Shown one piece after another: positions 16,645 to 23,950 of a stretch of 64,000 nucleotides of DNA (the stretch's first letter is position 1; each line of letters begins with the position of its first letter). This DNA comes from Planctomycetota bacterium (GTDB lineage: Bacteria; Planctomycetota; Phycisphaerae; Phycisphaerales; Phycisphaeraceae): NCBI GenBank assembly GCA_038749105.1, contig JBCDIM010000013.1:1825-65824 (forward strand), read 5' to 3'. A program made the position numbers and the translations under genes. The notes under the pieces were generated by a model. The model worked only from the letters and a program-made list of their open reading frames with translations. It searched no databases and had not been told where the DNA came from.

Positions 16645-18654
16645 CTAGGCGACCGATACTACGCCACCCTCCGGCCACAGCGCCTCGGCCTCGCCCCACT
16701 GCCCGCTCAGCATCAGTTCGATCGCCTGCTCGACCTCTTCGACGAGGAACGGCTTGCCCTGGACCTTGTTAAGGCCGCGGGCGTCAGCGAGATATCGGCC
16801 GCGGATCAGCAGGCGGAGCTGGCCGTCGTTGAGCTCGGGGATGAGGATCTTGTCGAACCGCTTGAGCACCTCGCCCAGGTTCTTGGGCATCGGGTTGAGG
16901 TAGCGGAGCTGGGCGCTGCTGACCGCGTGGCCTTTTTCGCGGGCCCGGTTGGCGGCGGTGGTGATGCTGCCGTAGGGGCCGCCCCAGCCCAGAAGCAGCA
17001 GGTCGCCGGTGTCGGGGCCGTTGAGTTCGAGCGGGGGCAGGTGGTCGGCGACCTTGCGGACCTTGTCGGCCCGCAGTCGGGTCATGGCCTGGTGGTTGTC
17101 GGGGTCATAGGAGACGTTGCCGGTGCCGTTTTGCTTTTCGAGGCCGCCGATGCGGTGCTCGCCGCCGGGCGTGCCGGGGACCATCCAGGGGCGGGCGTGG
17201 TTGGCGTCCCGCGTGTAGGGCTGGAAGGGTTCGAGCGGGACGCCGTTGGCGACGCGGGCGGGGGGGTGTTTGACGGTGATGGGCTCGAAGCCGTCGGCAT
17301 CGGGGACGGGCCAGGCCTCGGAGCCGTTGGCGAGGTAGCCGTCGGTCAGCAGCAGGACCGGAACCATGTGCTGCACCGCGACGCGGCAGGCCTCGACCGC
17401 GGCGTCGAAGCAGTCGGCGGGGGACTGTGGGGCGATGACGACCATGGGGCAGTCGCCGTTGCGCCCGAACATGGCCTGCAGGAGGTCGGACTGCTCGGTC
17501 TTGGTCGGTAGCCCGGTCGAGGGACCACCGCGCTGAACGTTGACGACGACCATGGGCAGCTCGGTCATCACTGCGAGGCCCATGGCTTCGCCCTTGAGCG
17601 CGAGGCCCGGGCCGGAGGTGCCGGTGACCGCGAGCTGGCCGGCGAAGGCGGCGCCGATCGCGGCACAGCAGGCGGCGATCTCGTCTTCTGCTTGGAAGGT
17701 CTTAACGCCGTAGTTCTTGGCCGGGGCGAGGTAGTGCAGGATGTCGGAGGCCGGCGTGATCGGGTACGAGCAATAGATCAGGTTTTTCTCGGCCAGCTTC
17801 GACGCGGTGACGAGGCCCATGGCGAGGGCTTCGTTGCCCGTGACCTTGCGGTACTTGCCGGGGGTGATGTCGGCCTTGGGCACCCGGTACCGGGCGGGGA
17901 AGATCTCGGCGGTCTCGCCGAAGTAGTACCCGGCCTTGAGCGCCCGGCTGTTGGCCTCGGTGACCTCTGGGCGTTTCTTGCGGACGGTGAAGGTCTGGTG
18001 CAGGTTGTTGAGCGTGTTGTCGAGCGGTCGGCCGTAGAGCCAGTAGACCAGCCCGAGGGCATACATGTTCTTGCAGCGGGACGCGTCTTTGGGCTTGAGC
18101 CCGAGGTCTTTCAGGGCCTCGGCGTTGAGCTTGGTGATCGGGACGCGGTAGAGCTTGTACTTCTGGTTGATCGCCTCGTCGTCGAGCGGGTTGATCGGTT
18201 CTTTGGAGCCCTCGGGCGTCGGGTAGCCGGCCTTCTTGAGGTTGGTCTTGGTGAACTCCGAGTCGTTGACGATGACGATGCCGCCGGGGTCGACGTCGGC
18301 GATGTGGGCCTTGAAGGCTGCGGGGTTCATGGCGATAAGGGCGTCGACGCGGTCGCCGGGCGTGAAGATCTCGGAGGCGGCGAAGTTGATCTGGAAGCCC
18401 GATACGCCGGCGACCGTGCCCGCGGGGGCGCGGATCTCGGCGGGGTAGTCTGGCAGGGTCGCGACGTCGTTCCCGAGCACGGCCGAGGTGTCCGTGAACT
18501 GCGTGCCCGCCAGCTGCATGCCGTCGCCCGAGTCGCCCGCAAAACGCACCACCGCCGACAACAGATCGTCAACCGGTTTGGACGATTCGGCGGGTAGAGG
18601 GGCGGACGCGGTGTCCGCCCCGGCGGGGTCGGTGGTAGGGGGGTCGGATGACAT
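16645..18654 (-). CDS. korA: 2-oxoglutarate:ferredoxin oxidoreductase alpha subunit (fused gamma/alpha, KorA type)
   Basis: VVRFAGDSGDGMQLAGTQFTDTSAVLGNDVATLPDYPAEIRAP (gamma-like domain), then GNEALAMGLVTA ... CSYPITPAS ... TSGPGLALKGEA. Start set at MSSDPP (ATG 18654); the ORF runs on to 18930, but that extension looks non-coding. Confidence 0.85.
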   Translation of the reverse strand: MSSDPPTTDPAGADTASAPLPAESSKPVDDLLSAVVRFAGDSGDGMQLAGTQFTDTSAVLGNDVATLPDYPAEIRAPAGTVAGVSGFQINFAASEIFTPGDRVDALIAMNPAAFKAHIADVDPGGIVIVNDSEFTKTNLKKAGYPTPEGSKEPINPLDDEAINQKYKLYRVPITKLNAEALKDLGLKPKDASRCKNMYALGLVYWLYGRPLDNTLNNLHQTFTVRKKRPEVTEANSRALKAGYYFGETAEIFPARYRVPKADITPGKYRKVTGNEALAMGLVTASKLAEKNLIYCSYPITPASDILHYLAPAKNYGVKTFQAEDEIAACCAAIGAAFAGQLAVTGTSGPGLALKGEAMGLAVMTELPMVVVNVQRGGPSTGLPTKTEQSDLLQAMFGRNGDCPMVVIAPQSPADCFDAAVEACRVAVQHMVPVLLLTDGYLANGSEAWPVPDADGFEPITVKHPPARVANGVPLEPFQPYTRDANHARPWMVPGTPGGEHRIGGLEKQNGTGNVSYDPDNHQAMTRLRADKVRKVADHLPPLELNGPDTGDLLLLGWGGPYGSITTAANRAREKGHAVSSAQLRYLNPMPKNLGEVLKRFDKILIPELNDGQLRLLIRGRYLADARGLNKVQGKPFLVEEVEQAIELMLSGQWGEAEALWPEGGVVSVA

Positions 18655-18814
18655 CTGGGGATCGGCCTGGGTGGGACCCGAGCTCAGCGGCGGGGTCTCG
18701 TAGCGGGGAATCGTGGAGTTTAGCCCCATTCGCGGGCCTCGCCAACACCCGACAGCCCATGAATTAGCCAGGAATTGTGCAGGCTTTTGGAGATTCCGGT
18801 GGCATACTTGAGTC

Positions 18815-19225
18815 GTGAACGGAGGCAAACCCGATCCAGGACGACGCCCGCGCGGCCGCGTGTGCAAGGCATGGCTGACCACGTTTGTGGTCGCCGGTGG
18901 CCTCGCCGGCTGCCAGACCGCGCCGGACATCAGCCGTCAGCGTGCGTATCAGCCTTTACAGGTCCAGGGCCAGCCCGCCCGGTCGCTGGTTATGCCCCCA
19001 TTCGCCGCGCCGGCTCCCACGACCCGTCAAGCCGGCTCGCCCGCCAACCCCTGGTATGCCTCACGCCTCGATCGTGGCCCGGCCGCGTTCGCCGGGTTCC
19101 GTGGGGTGCGTATCATCGAGTCGCAGACCCGTACCTTTGATCAGCAGCAAGTCTTCAGCGGCCGAGTCCGGGACAACTTCCGGGAGCAGCGGGTCACCCG
19201 CACCCGCGTCATCACCGCACAGTAA
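18815..19225 (+). CDS. Hypothetical lipoprotein
   Basis: Lipobox-like VAGGLAGC after a basic N-terminus. The stop overlaps the next start (TAATG). No family recognised. Confidence 0.4.
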   Translation: MNGGKPDPGRRPRGRVCKAWLTTFVVAGGLAGCQTAPDISRQRAYQPLQVQGQPARSLVMPPFAAPAPTTRQAGSPANPWYASRLDRGPAAFAGFRGVRIIESQTRTFDQQQVFSGRVRDNFREQRVTRTRVITAQ

Positions 19226-20115
19226 TGCAAAACGCACAAGGGCGGGGACGCACGCGGCGGATCAGTCGGTATGCTCGGCCTGTGCCCAAAATCCCTGTGT
19301 TGCTGTTGCCCGTCACGGCCGTACTGCTCGGCCTGATCGGCTGTGCCGGCCCGACCAACCCGTCATTCACCGTCGACCGCCAGGATGCCCGTGAAGCGAT
19401 CCGCGACATGCGGGCCCGTCCCGTCGAGCCGGTCCGCCCCATCGTTGTGGTGGGGCCGTTCCTTGACCCCGCGATCGCCGAGTGGCAGATGCGGCACCAG
19501 GTCCGCCAGGCCTTCGAGCCCGACCGCGTCGTCGGCGTCTCCTTCCCGTTCTGGTCCAACTTCGATCTCTGCCGCGAGCAGGTGATCGAAGCCGTCGAGG
19601 CCGAGTTCCCCAGCGACGACCCCGACTGGACCACCGAGGTCGATGTCATCGCGTTTTCCATGGGCGGACTCGTCGCCCGATACGCCGCCACCCCACCCAC
19701 TCCACCCACCCAAACCACCGCAGCCCAAGCCGATCATTCACCGCGTAAACAGCTCAAGATCGCCCGGCTCTACACCGTCTGCTCCCCCCACCAGGGCTCC
19801 GCTCTCGCCCGCTTGCCCAGCCTGCTGCCCCTGGTCCGCTCCATGGCCCCCGACTCGCCCTTCCTGACCGAGCTCAACAGCCAGTTCGAGGACGCCCCCT
19901 ACACCCTCACCGCCTACACCCGCCTCACCGACCCCATCGTCGACCCCACCCGCGCCGCCCCCGAAGGCCACCCCGTCCGCTGGGTCCAACCACCCCCGTT
20001 CACGCTTGCCCACAACTACGCCCTCGACGACCCTCGGCTCATCGCCGACATCCTCCGCCGACTCCGTAACGAAACCCCGCTCTCCACCGATCCGCCCGCA
20101 CCGCTCCCTGGCTAA
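19225..20115 (+). CDS. Alpha/beta-hydrolase (lipase/esterase-like) lipoprotein
   Basis: Lipobox LLGLIGC. Nucleophile elbow AFSMGG (GxSxG variant) followed by LVARYAA. Size fits a small lipase-class fold. Confidence 0.55.
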   Translation: MQNAQGRGRTRRISRYARPVPKIPVLLLPVTAVLLGLIGCAGPTNPSFTVDRQDAREAIRDMRARPVEPVRPIVVVGPFLDPAIAEWQMRHQVRQAFEPDRVVGVSFPFWSNFDLCREQVIEAVEAEFPSDDPDWTTEVDVIAFSMGGLVARYAATPPTPPTQTTAAQADHSPRKQLKIARLYTVCSPHQGSALARLPSLLPLVRSMAPDSPFLTELNSQFEDAPYTLTAYTRLTDPIVDPTRAAPEGHPVRWVQPPPFTLAHNYALDDPRLIADILRRLRNETPLSTDPPAPLPG

Positions 20116-20140
20116 TCCCGCAACACACCCGCTCGCCACG

Positions 20141-21634
20141 ATGCACCGACACCTCCCGCTGATGCTCACCCTCGCCGGAGCCCTTCTTGCATCGCCCAGC
20201 GACCCCGCCGCCGATGGCCTCGCCCCCCACCCCGACCGGCCCAAACTGATCGTCTCCGAAGAGACCACCTACTTCACGCAACCCCTCAACCCGGACGGCA
20301 CCGTCGAGTACATCGCGGCTCTGAACACCGCCGCCCGTGGAAACATGCAACCCGAAGAGAACGCGGCCGCCCACATCATCGCCTTGCTTCCGGAGTCAGA
20401 GCCGCCCGACCAAGACCTGAACCGGCTTGCTACCGCTCTGGGGGTTGCACTCGAACCCGACCGTGTCCGACTGCAACCGATCCCCTGGGACCTGACCGAC
20501 GACCGTGACCCTTTCGACCGCGCCTTGGACGGCCCTTGGACCCGACAAGACCTGCCCCGAGTCGCCCGCTGGCTTGACGCCAATGCCGAGGCGTTCGACG
20601 CATTCACCCAGGCCGTCCGCGTCCCCGACAGCTACTGGCCGCATGTGGAAGACCCCTCTAATCCCTATCTGCTTGCCGCGCTGTTTCCTGCTCTCAGCGA
20701 GGCTCGCGGTGCCTGCCGCGCCCTGCTCATCCGCTTTCACGCCCAGTGGGCCGCCGGCCAGCACGAGCAAGCTGTCGAGACCTTTCACACCTGCCTCAAC
20801 CTCAGCCATCACGTCGGGCGGCAGCAATCGCTCATCGCCGCCCTCACCGCCTTGTCCATCCGTGGCCTCACCCATGCCTCCGCTGCGTCTCTACTCAACG
20901 ACCCCAACCTCTCGCCCGCCGCGGCCCGCAGACTCCTTGCCACGCTCCAAGCCTCTCCACCTCTGCTTCCCGTCGCCCCGGCGATCAACCACCACGAACG
21001 AACACTCGCCCTCCGCTTCTTCCAAAACGCCTACGCCCGACCCGATCAGCTCAACGACACGACCGACGTGATCTTTAAGTTTGCCGCCCGGTCCCGCATG
21101 TTTGACATCAATACCACGTTGAAAGAGATCAACCGGGCCTACGACTTCGCCTTTCAGTCCGCCGAGATCGAGACCTTTGCCGAGCGCGAACAGTCCGCCC
21201 GTGCAATCGAAGCACAGTTCACGATCGTGCACCCGCTGATCATGCTCGACCCCGACAAGCCACTGCGTGAACGGTTCAGCCGTCGGATCGCCCAAGCGTT
21301 TCTGGACATCATCGTGCCGGCCCTGCTCGCTGCGGGTCGCTCCCAACTCCAGTACCGCACCCAGTCCGACCTCCTCCTCACCGCCGCCGCGCTCACCGTC
21401 TACCGCCTCGACCGCGACCGCTATCCCGAAAGCCTCGGCGACCTCGTCCCCGAATACCTCACCAAACTTCCCGTTGACCGCTACGACGGCCGACCCCTCA
21501 CCTACCGCCCCGGACCCGACGGCCAGACCTACCTCCTCTACAGCATCGGCAGTGACGGCGAAGACGACCACGGCGTGTTCGACTATCGCGACGGCGACAT
21601 CAGCATCGGGAACCCGCTCCCCGACGGATGGTGA
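20141..21634 (+). CDS. Secreted helical hypothetical protein with GspG-like C-terminal tail
   Basis: Start set at MHRHLPLMLTLAGALLASP (signal peptide). C-terminus DRYPESLGDLVPEYLTKLPVDRYDGRPLTYRPGPDGQTYLLYSIGSDGEDD resembles the C-terminal motif of T2SS major pseudopilins. Confidence 0.5.
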   Translation: MHRHLPLMLTLAGALLASPSDPAADGLAPHPDRPKLIVSEETTYFTQPLNPDGTVEYIAALNTAARGNMQPEENAAAHIIALLPESEPPDQDLNRLATALGVALEPDRVRLQPIPWDLTDDRDPFDRALDGPWTRQDLPRVARWLDANAEAFDAFTQAVRVPDSYWPHVEDPSNPYLLAALFPALSEARGACRALLIRFHAQWAAGQHEQAVETFHTCLNLSHHVGRQQSLIAALTALSIRGLTHASAASLLNDPNLSPAAARRLLATLQASPPLLPVAPAINHHERTLALRFFQNAYARPDQLNDTTDVIFKFAARSRMFDINTTLKEINRAYDFAFQSAEIETFAEREQSARAIEAQFTIVHPLIMLDPDKPLRERFSRRIAQAFLDIIVPALLAAGRSQLQYRTQSDLLLTAAALTVYRLDRDRYPESLGDLVPEYLTKLPVDRYDGRPLTYRPGPDGQTYLLYSIGSDGEDDHGVFDYRDGDISIGNPLPDGW

Positions 21635-21663
21635 TCCCAGCAACGCTTGCCACATTAATCTCA

Positions 21664-21689
21664 TAGCCGCGACGCGACGCGTCGCCGGC
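21664..21689. repeat. 26-nt GC-rich palindromic element, copy 1 (between convergent genes)
   Basis: TAGCCGCGACGCGACGCGTCGCCGGC is identical to 61747-61772. It contains the perfect palindrome GCGACGCGTCGC. Confidence 0.8.
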
Positions 21690-21703
21690 CGGCCGCCGAC
21701 AAA

Positions 21704-22999
21704 TCACCGCTTCAACGGCTGCAACACCACCACCCGCTCCTCCGCCGACTTTGGCACATGCACCAGCACCGAATAGGACACCCCAGCGCCCTCACCCTCG
21801 AGCACACTCAGCCGATACCGCCCCGCGAATACCCGCCGGTACACGTTGCCCAGCTCGTCGCCGGTCCCCACCGTGTCCGTCCACCACAGCCCACGGAACA
21901 AGCCCTCGAGCGCCTTGCCCGAAGGCGTCGGCTCCGCGTCGGCACCGATCAGCTCCGCGTGCCGCGCTAAGCCCTCACTCGGCCGGACCGACTTCATGTA
22001 CACCCCCGCGACGCTCGGCTCGGCGAACGCCAACCGCAGCACCGTCTCCAGGTTGATCGCCGCCGCCACCGGCGTAGGACCACCCACCTCCAGCTCCGCC
22101 AGCGTGATCGGCTTGCCCAGCGCCCCCGCACGATCCAGCGACCGCTCCAGCCGCAGCGGCTCGACCCGGCCCTCGAACCGCTGCTCAATGGTCAGCCCGT
22201 CGAACGGCACCACCAGCTGATTCAAACCCGCCACGGTCTCGAACAGCCGACCCTCCCGCCCCGGGCTCAGCCCGCCCCGCACCCGCAGGCTCATCGGCAC
22301 CCCCGGCGCCAGAAAACGCGCCTGCTGGAACAGCCGACGCACCCCCGCCAGCCCAAGCCGGTCCTGCATCATCGAGTGCGACAAAGCATCCGCATACAGG
22401 TCGAACCCGTCGATACGTTTGCCGAACACCGTCATCACCACCCCGACGTGCTCGCGGACGCTCGCTTCCACCGCCTTCGCGTCCTGCCCCGCGAGCCAGT
22501 CCGGGTTCGCCGCCGGGTCGGCCGACAGCACCGGGCCCCACCGGATCGTCCGCCCCGTGGTCGCCACCCCCGACAGCACCGCGTCCAGCCGGTCCAGCCC
22601 CCGCACGTCGTCCACCGCCGACTCCATCACCGCCCAGCCCGTCAGCGGCGCCAGCGAGATCGCGTTGAACACCCCCAGCACCGGGTCGCCCAGGTCCATC
22701 CCCATCACGACCCGGTCGTCGAACGTGCACCCGACCTCGAAGTCGTGCGCGACCTGCTCGATCCGCACCGTGGCCCCCTCGACCGGATCGCCGGCAGCAT
22801 CCAGCACGATTACCCGCAGGTCCGTCATCCGGTGCCGCTCGATCCGCTCCTGCGCCGCGTCTACCCACGCGCCCTGCAGAAGTTGCGCCTGAACGGGTGC
22901 TGTCAGGCCTAGCGTGAAGATCGCCAAGACGCCAAGACGCCAAGACGCCAAGAAGAAAAACCCACTCAAAACGGCGAAGCAATGGCTCCGATCCGCCAT
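21704..22999 (-). CDS. Secreted hypothetical protein, possibly a TIM-barrel glycoside-hydrolase-like fold
   Basis: Start set at MADRSHCFAVLSGFFFLASWRLGVLAIFTLGLTAPVQA (signal peptide). RIERHRMTDLRVIVLDAAGDPVEGATVRIEQVAHDFEVGC resembles N-terminal regions of GH10-like proteins, but the catalytic NE / TELD motifs are not clearly present. Confidence 0.45.
   Translation of the reverse strand: MADRSHCFAVLSGFFFLASWRLGVLAIFTLGLTAPVQAQLLQGAWVDAAQERIERHRMTDLRVIVLDAAGDPVEGATVRIEQVAHDFEVGCTFDDRVVMGMDLGDPVLGVFNAISLAPLTGWAVMESAVDDVRGLDRLDAVLSGVATTGRTIRWGPVLSADPAANPDWLAGQDAKAVEASVREHVGVVMTVFGKRIDGFDLYADALSHSMMQDRLGLAGVRRLFQQARFLAPGVPMSLRVRGGLSPGREGRLFETVAGLNQLVVPFDGLTIEQRFEGRVEPLRLERSLDRAGALGKPITLAELEVGGPTPVAAAINLETVLRLAFAEPSVAGVYMKSVRPSEGLARHAELIGADAEPTPSGKALEGLFRGLWWTDTVGTGDELGNVYRRVFAGRYRLSVLEGEGAGVSYSVLVHVPKSAEERVVVLQPLKR
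22923..22954. repeat. Octamer tandem array (GCCAAGAC x3 + GCCAAGAA), arm A of a 30-bp perfect inverted repeat; lies inside the signal-peptide codons of CDS 21704..22999
   Basis: Read directly. 22923-22952 is the exact reverse complement of 23035-23064. Confidence 0.9.
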
Positions 23000-23034
23000 G
23001 GTCTCGCGTGAAACCAAACACACCGATGCCCTCC

Positions 23035-23065
23035 CTTGGCGTCTTGGCGTCTTGGCGTCTTGGCG
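23035..23065. repeat. Octamer tandem array (CTTGGC + GTCTTGGC x3), arm B of the inverted repeat; lies upstream of the start codon of CDS 21704..22999
   Basis: Read directly. The 82-nt spacer between the arms contains the ATG at 22997-22999 (minus strand). Confidence 0.9.
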
Positions 23066-23186
23066 TTGAAAAGAGCGCATACACGCACTATCGACCAAGC
23101 CGTACCGCTCACCACAGCCTCGCGTCGCAACGAGTGGTCTCGCCACGCGACTGCGGATAAGATCGTGTCACCGACAGACAACGCCC

Positions 23187-23615
23187 ATGTGCAAACGCGT
23201 CGCCCAATACACCCTGATCGTCATCGCCGGCTACCTCCTCACCGGCCTGCCCACAGCAGCAAAAGTCTGCTGCCTGGGCTGCGGTGACAGCAACGCCCTC
23301 GCCGACACGACACCGATCAGCCACTCCACCGCGGTCCCGGCCCCGAGCCAGGGCTGCTGCGCCGTCGTCATCCCGATCGAACCGTCACCCACCCACGCCG
23401 AACCCTCGTCCGCTCTGGCGTCACCCGGATCTGAAGACACGCCCTCCACCAAGAAGCACTGCTCCGGAGCCCCCTGCTGCAAGGCGGCCCCCACGCTGAC
23501 CCCACCGGCCCCTAAGCCCTCACCCCTCCTCGCCTGCGGCACCCCGCAGGCCCTTCTCCAGGCCCTGGCCCCCACCGAAGCCTGGCCGCTCGATCCGCCC
23601 CCGCCACGCGGTTGA
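23187..23615 (+). CDS. Membrane-anchored cysteine-motif, proline-rich hypothetical protein
   Basis: 142 aa with GC3-rich codons. N-terminal TM YTLIVIAGYLLTGLP, then CCLGCG, GCC and HCSGAPCC motifs in a Pro/Ser/Thr-rich chain. Confidence 0.55.
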   Translation: MCKRVAQYTLIVIAGYLLTGLPTAAKVCCLGCGDSNALADTTPISHSTAVPAPSQGCCAVVIPIEPSPTHAEPSSALASPGSEDTPSTKKHCSGAPCCKAAPTLTPPAPKPSPLLACGTPQALLQALAPTEAWPLDPPPPRG

Positions 23616-23693
23616 TGCTGTGAAGTCCAGACGGGCGTCCGCCACACCGGCGGGCGCGGACCCTCGCATCATCCTTACGGAAAGGATCGAGCC

Positions 23694-23825
23694 ATGAAAA
23701 CCTTCACGGCCCTCCTCGTCGCATCCGTGCTGACCCTCGTCGGCCCGGTCGCCCTCGGCGGCAGCTGCAACTGCTGCCCCGTCGGCTGCGACTGCGACAC
23801 CTGCAACTGCAGCTGCTGCAAGTAA
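23694..23825 (+). CDS. Unannotated 43-aa exported cysteine-rich peptide (below the ORF-track length cutoff)
   Basis: ATG preceded by GGAAAGGA. Translation is MKTFTALLVASVLTLVGPVALGGSCNCCPVGCDCDTCNCSCCK, a Sec-type signal peptide plus a 20-residue tail with 9 Cys. GC3-rich codon usage matches the genome; a hairpin follows. Confidence 0.6.
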   Translation: MKTFTALLVASVLTLVGPVALGGSCNCCPVGCDCDTCNCSCCK

Positions 23826-23846
23826 CCCGTAGCAGTCAAAACCACC

Positions 23847-23875
23847 CCGGCCCGTCGCTCCCCGCGGCGGGCCGG
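23847..23875 (+). terminator. Candidate hairpin terminator between the Cys-peptide gene and the convergent hslU
   Basis: CCGGCCCG-N13-CGGGCCGG followed by CTTGCTTCC. No strong U-tract. Confidence 0.35.
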
Positions 23876-23950
23876 CTTGCTTCCCCACCACCGCCCAATA
23901 GCCGGCGAGCTACGCTCGCCCGGCCCCCACGCCCACACCACGCCACACGC

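Noticed and set aside
21704-22999. Firm GH10 xylanase assignment
   Set aside because: The N-terminal region resembles GH10-like proteins, but I could not locate the canonical acid/base (..NE..) and nucleophile (..TELD..) motifs. It is kept as hypothetical with only a tentative fold comment.
22923-23064. Possible CRISPR array (also considered for 27653-27687, 46567-46601 and 1516-1602)
   Set aside because: Repeat units are only 7-8 nt and directly abutting, with no spacers. No cas genes are present in the window. These are micro/minisatellite-type arrays, not CRISPR.
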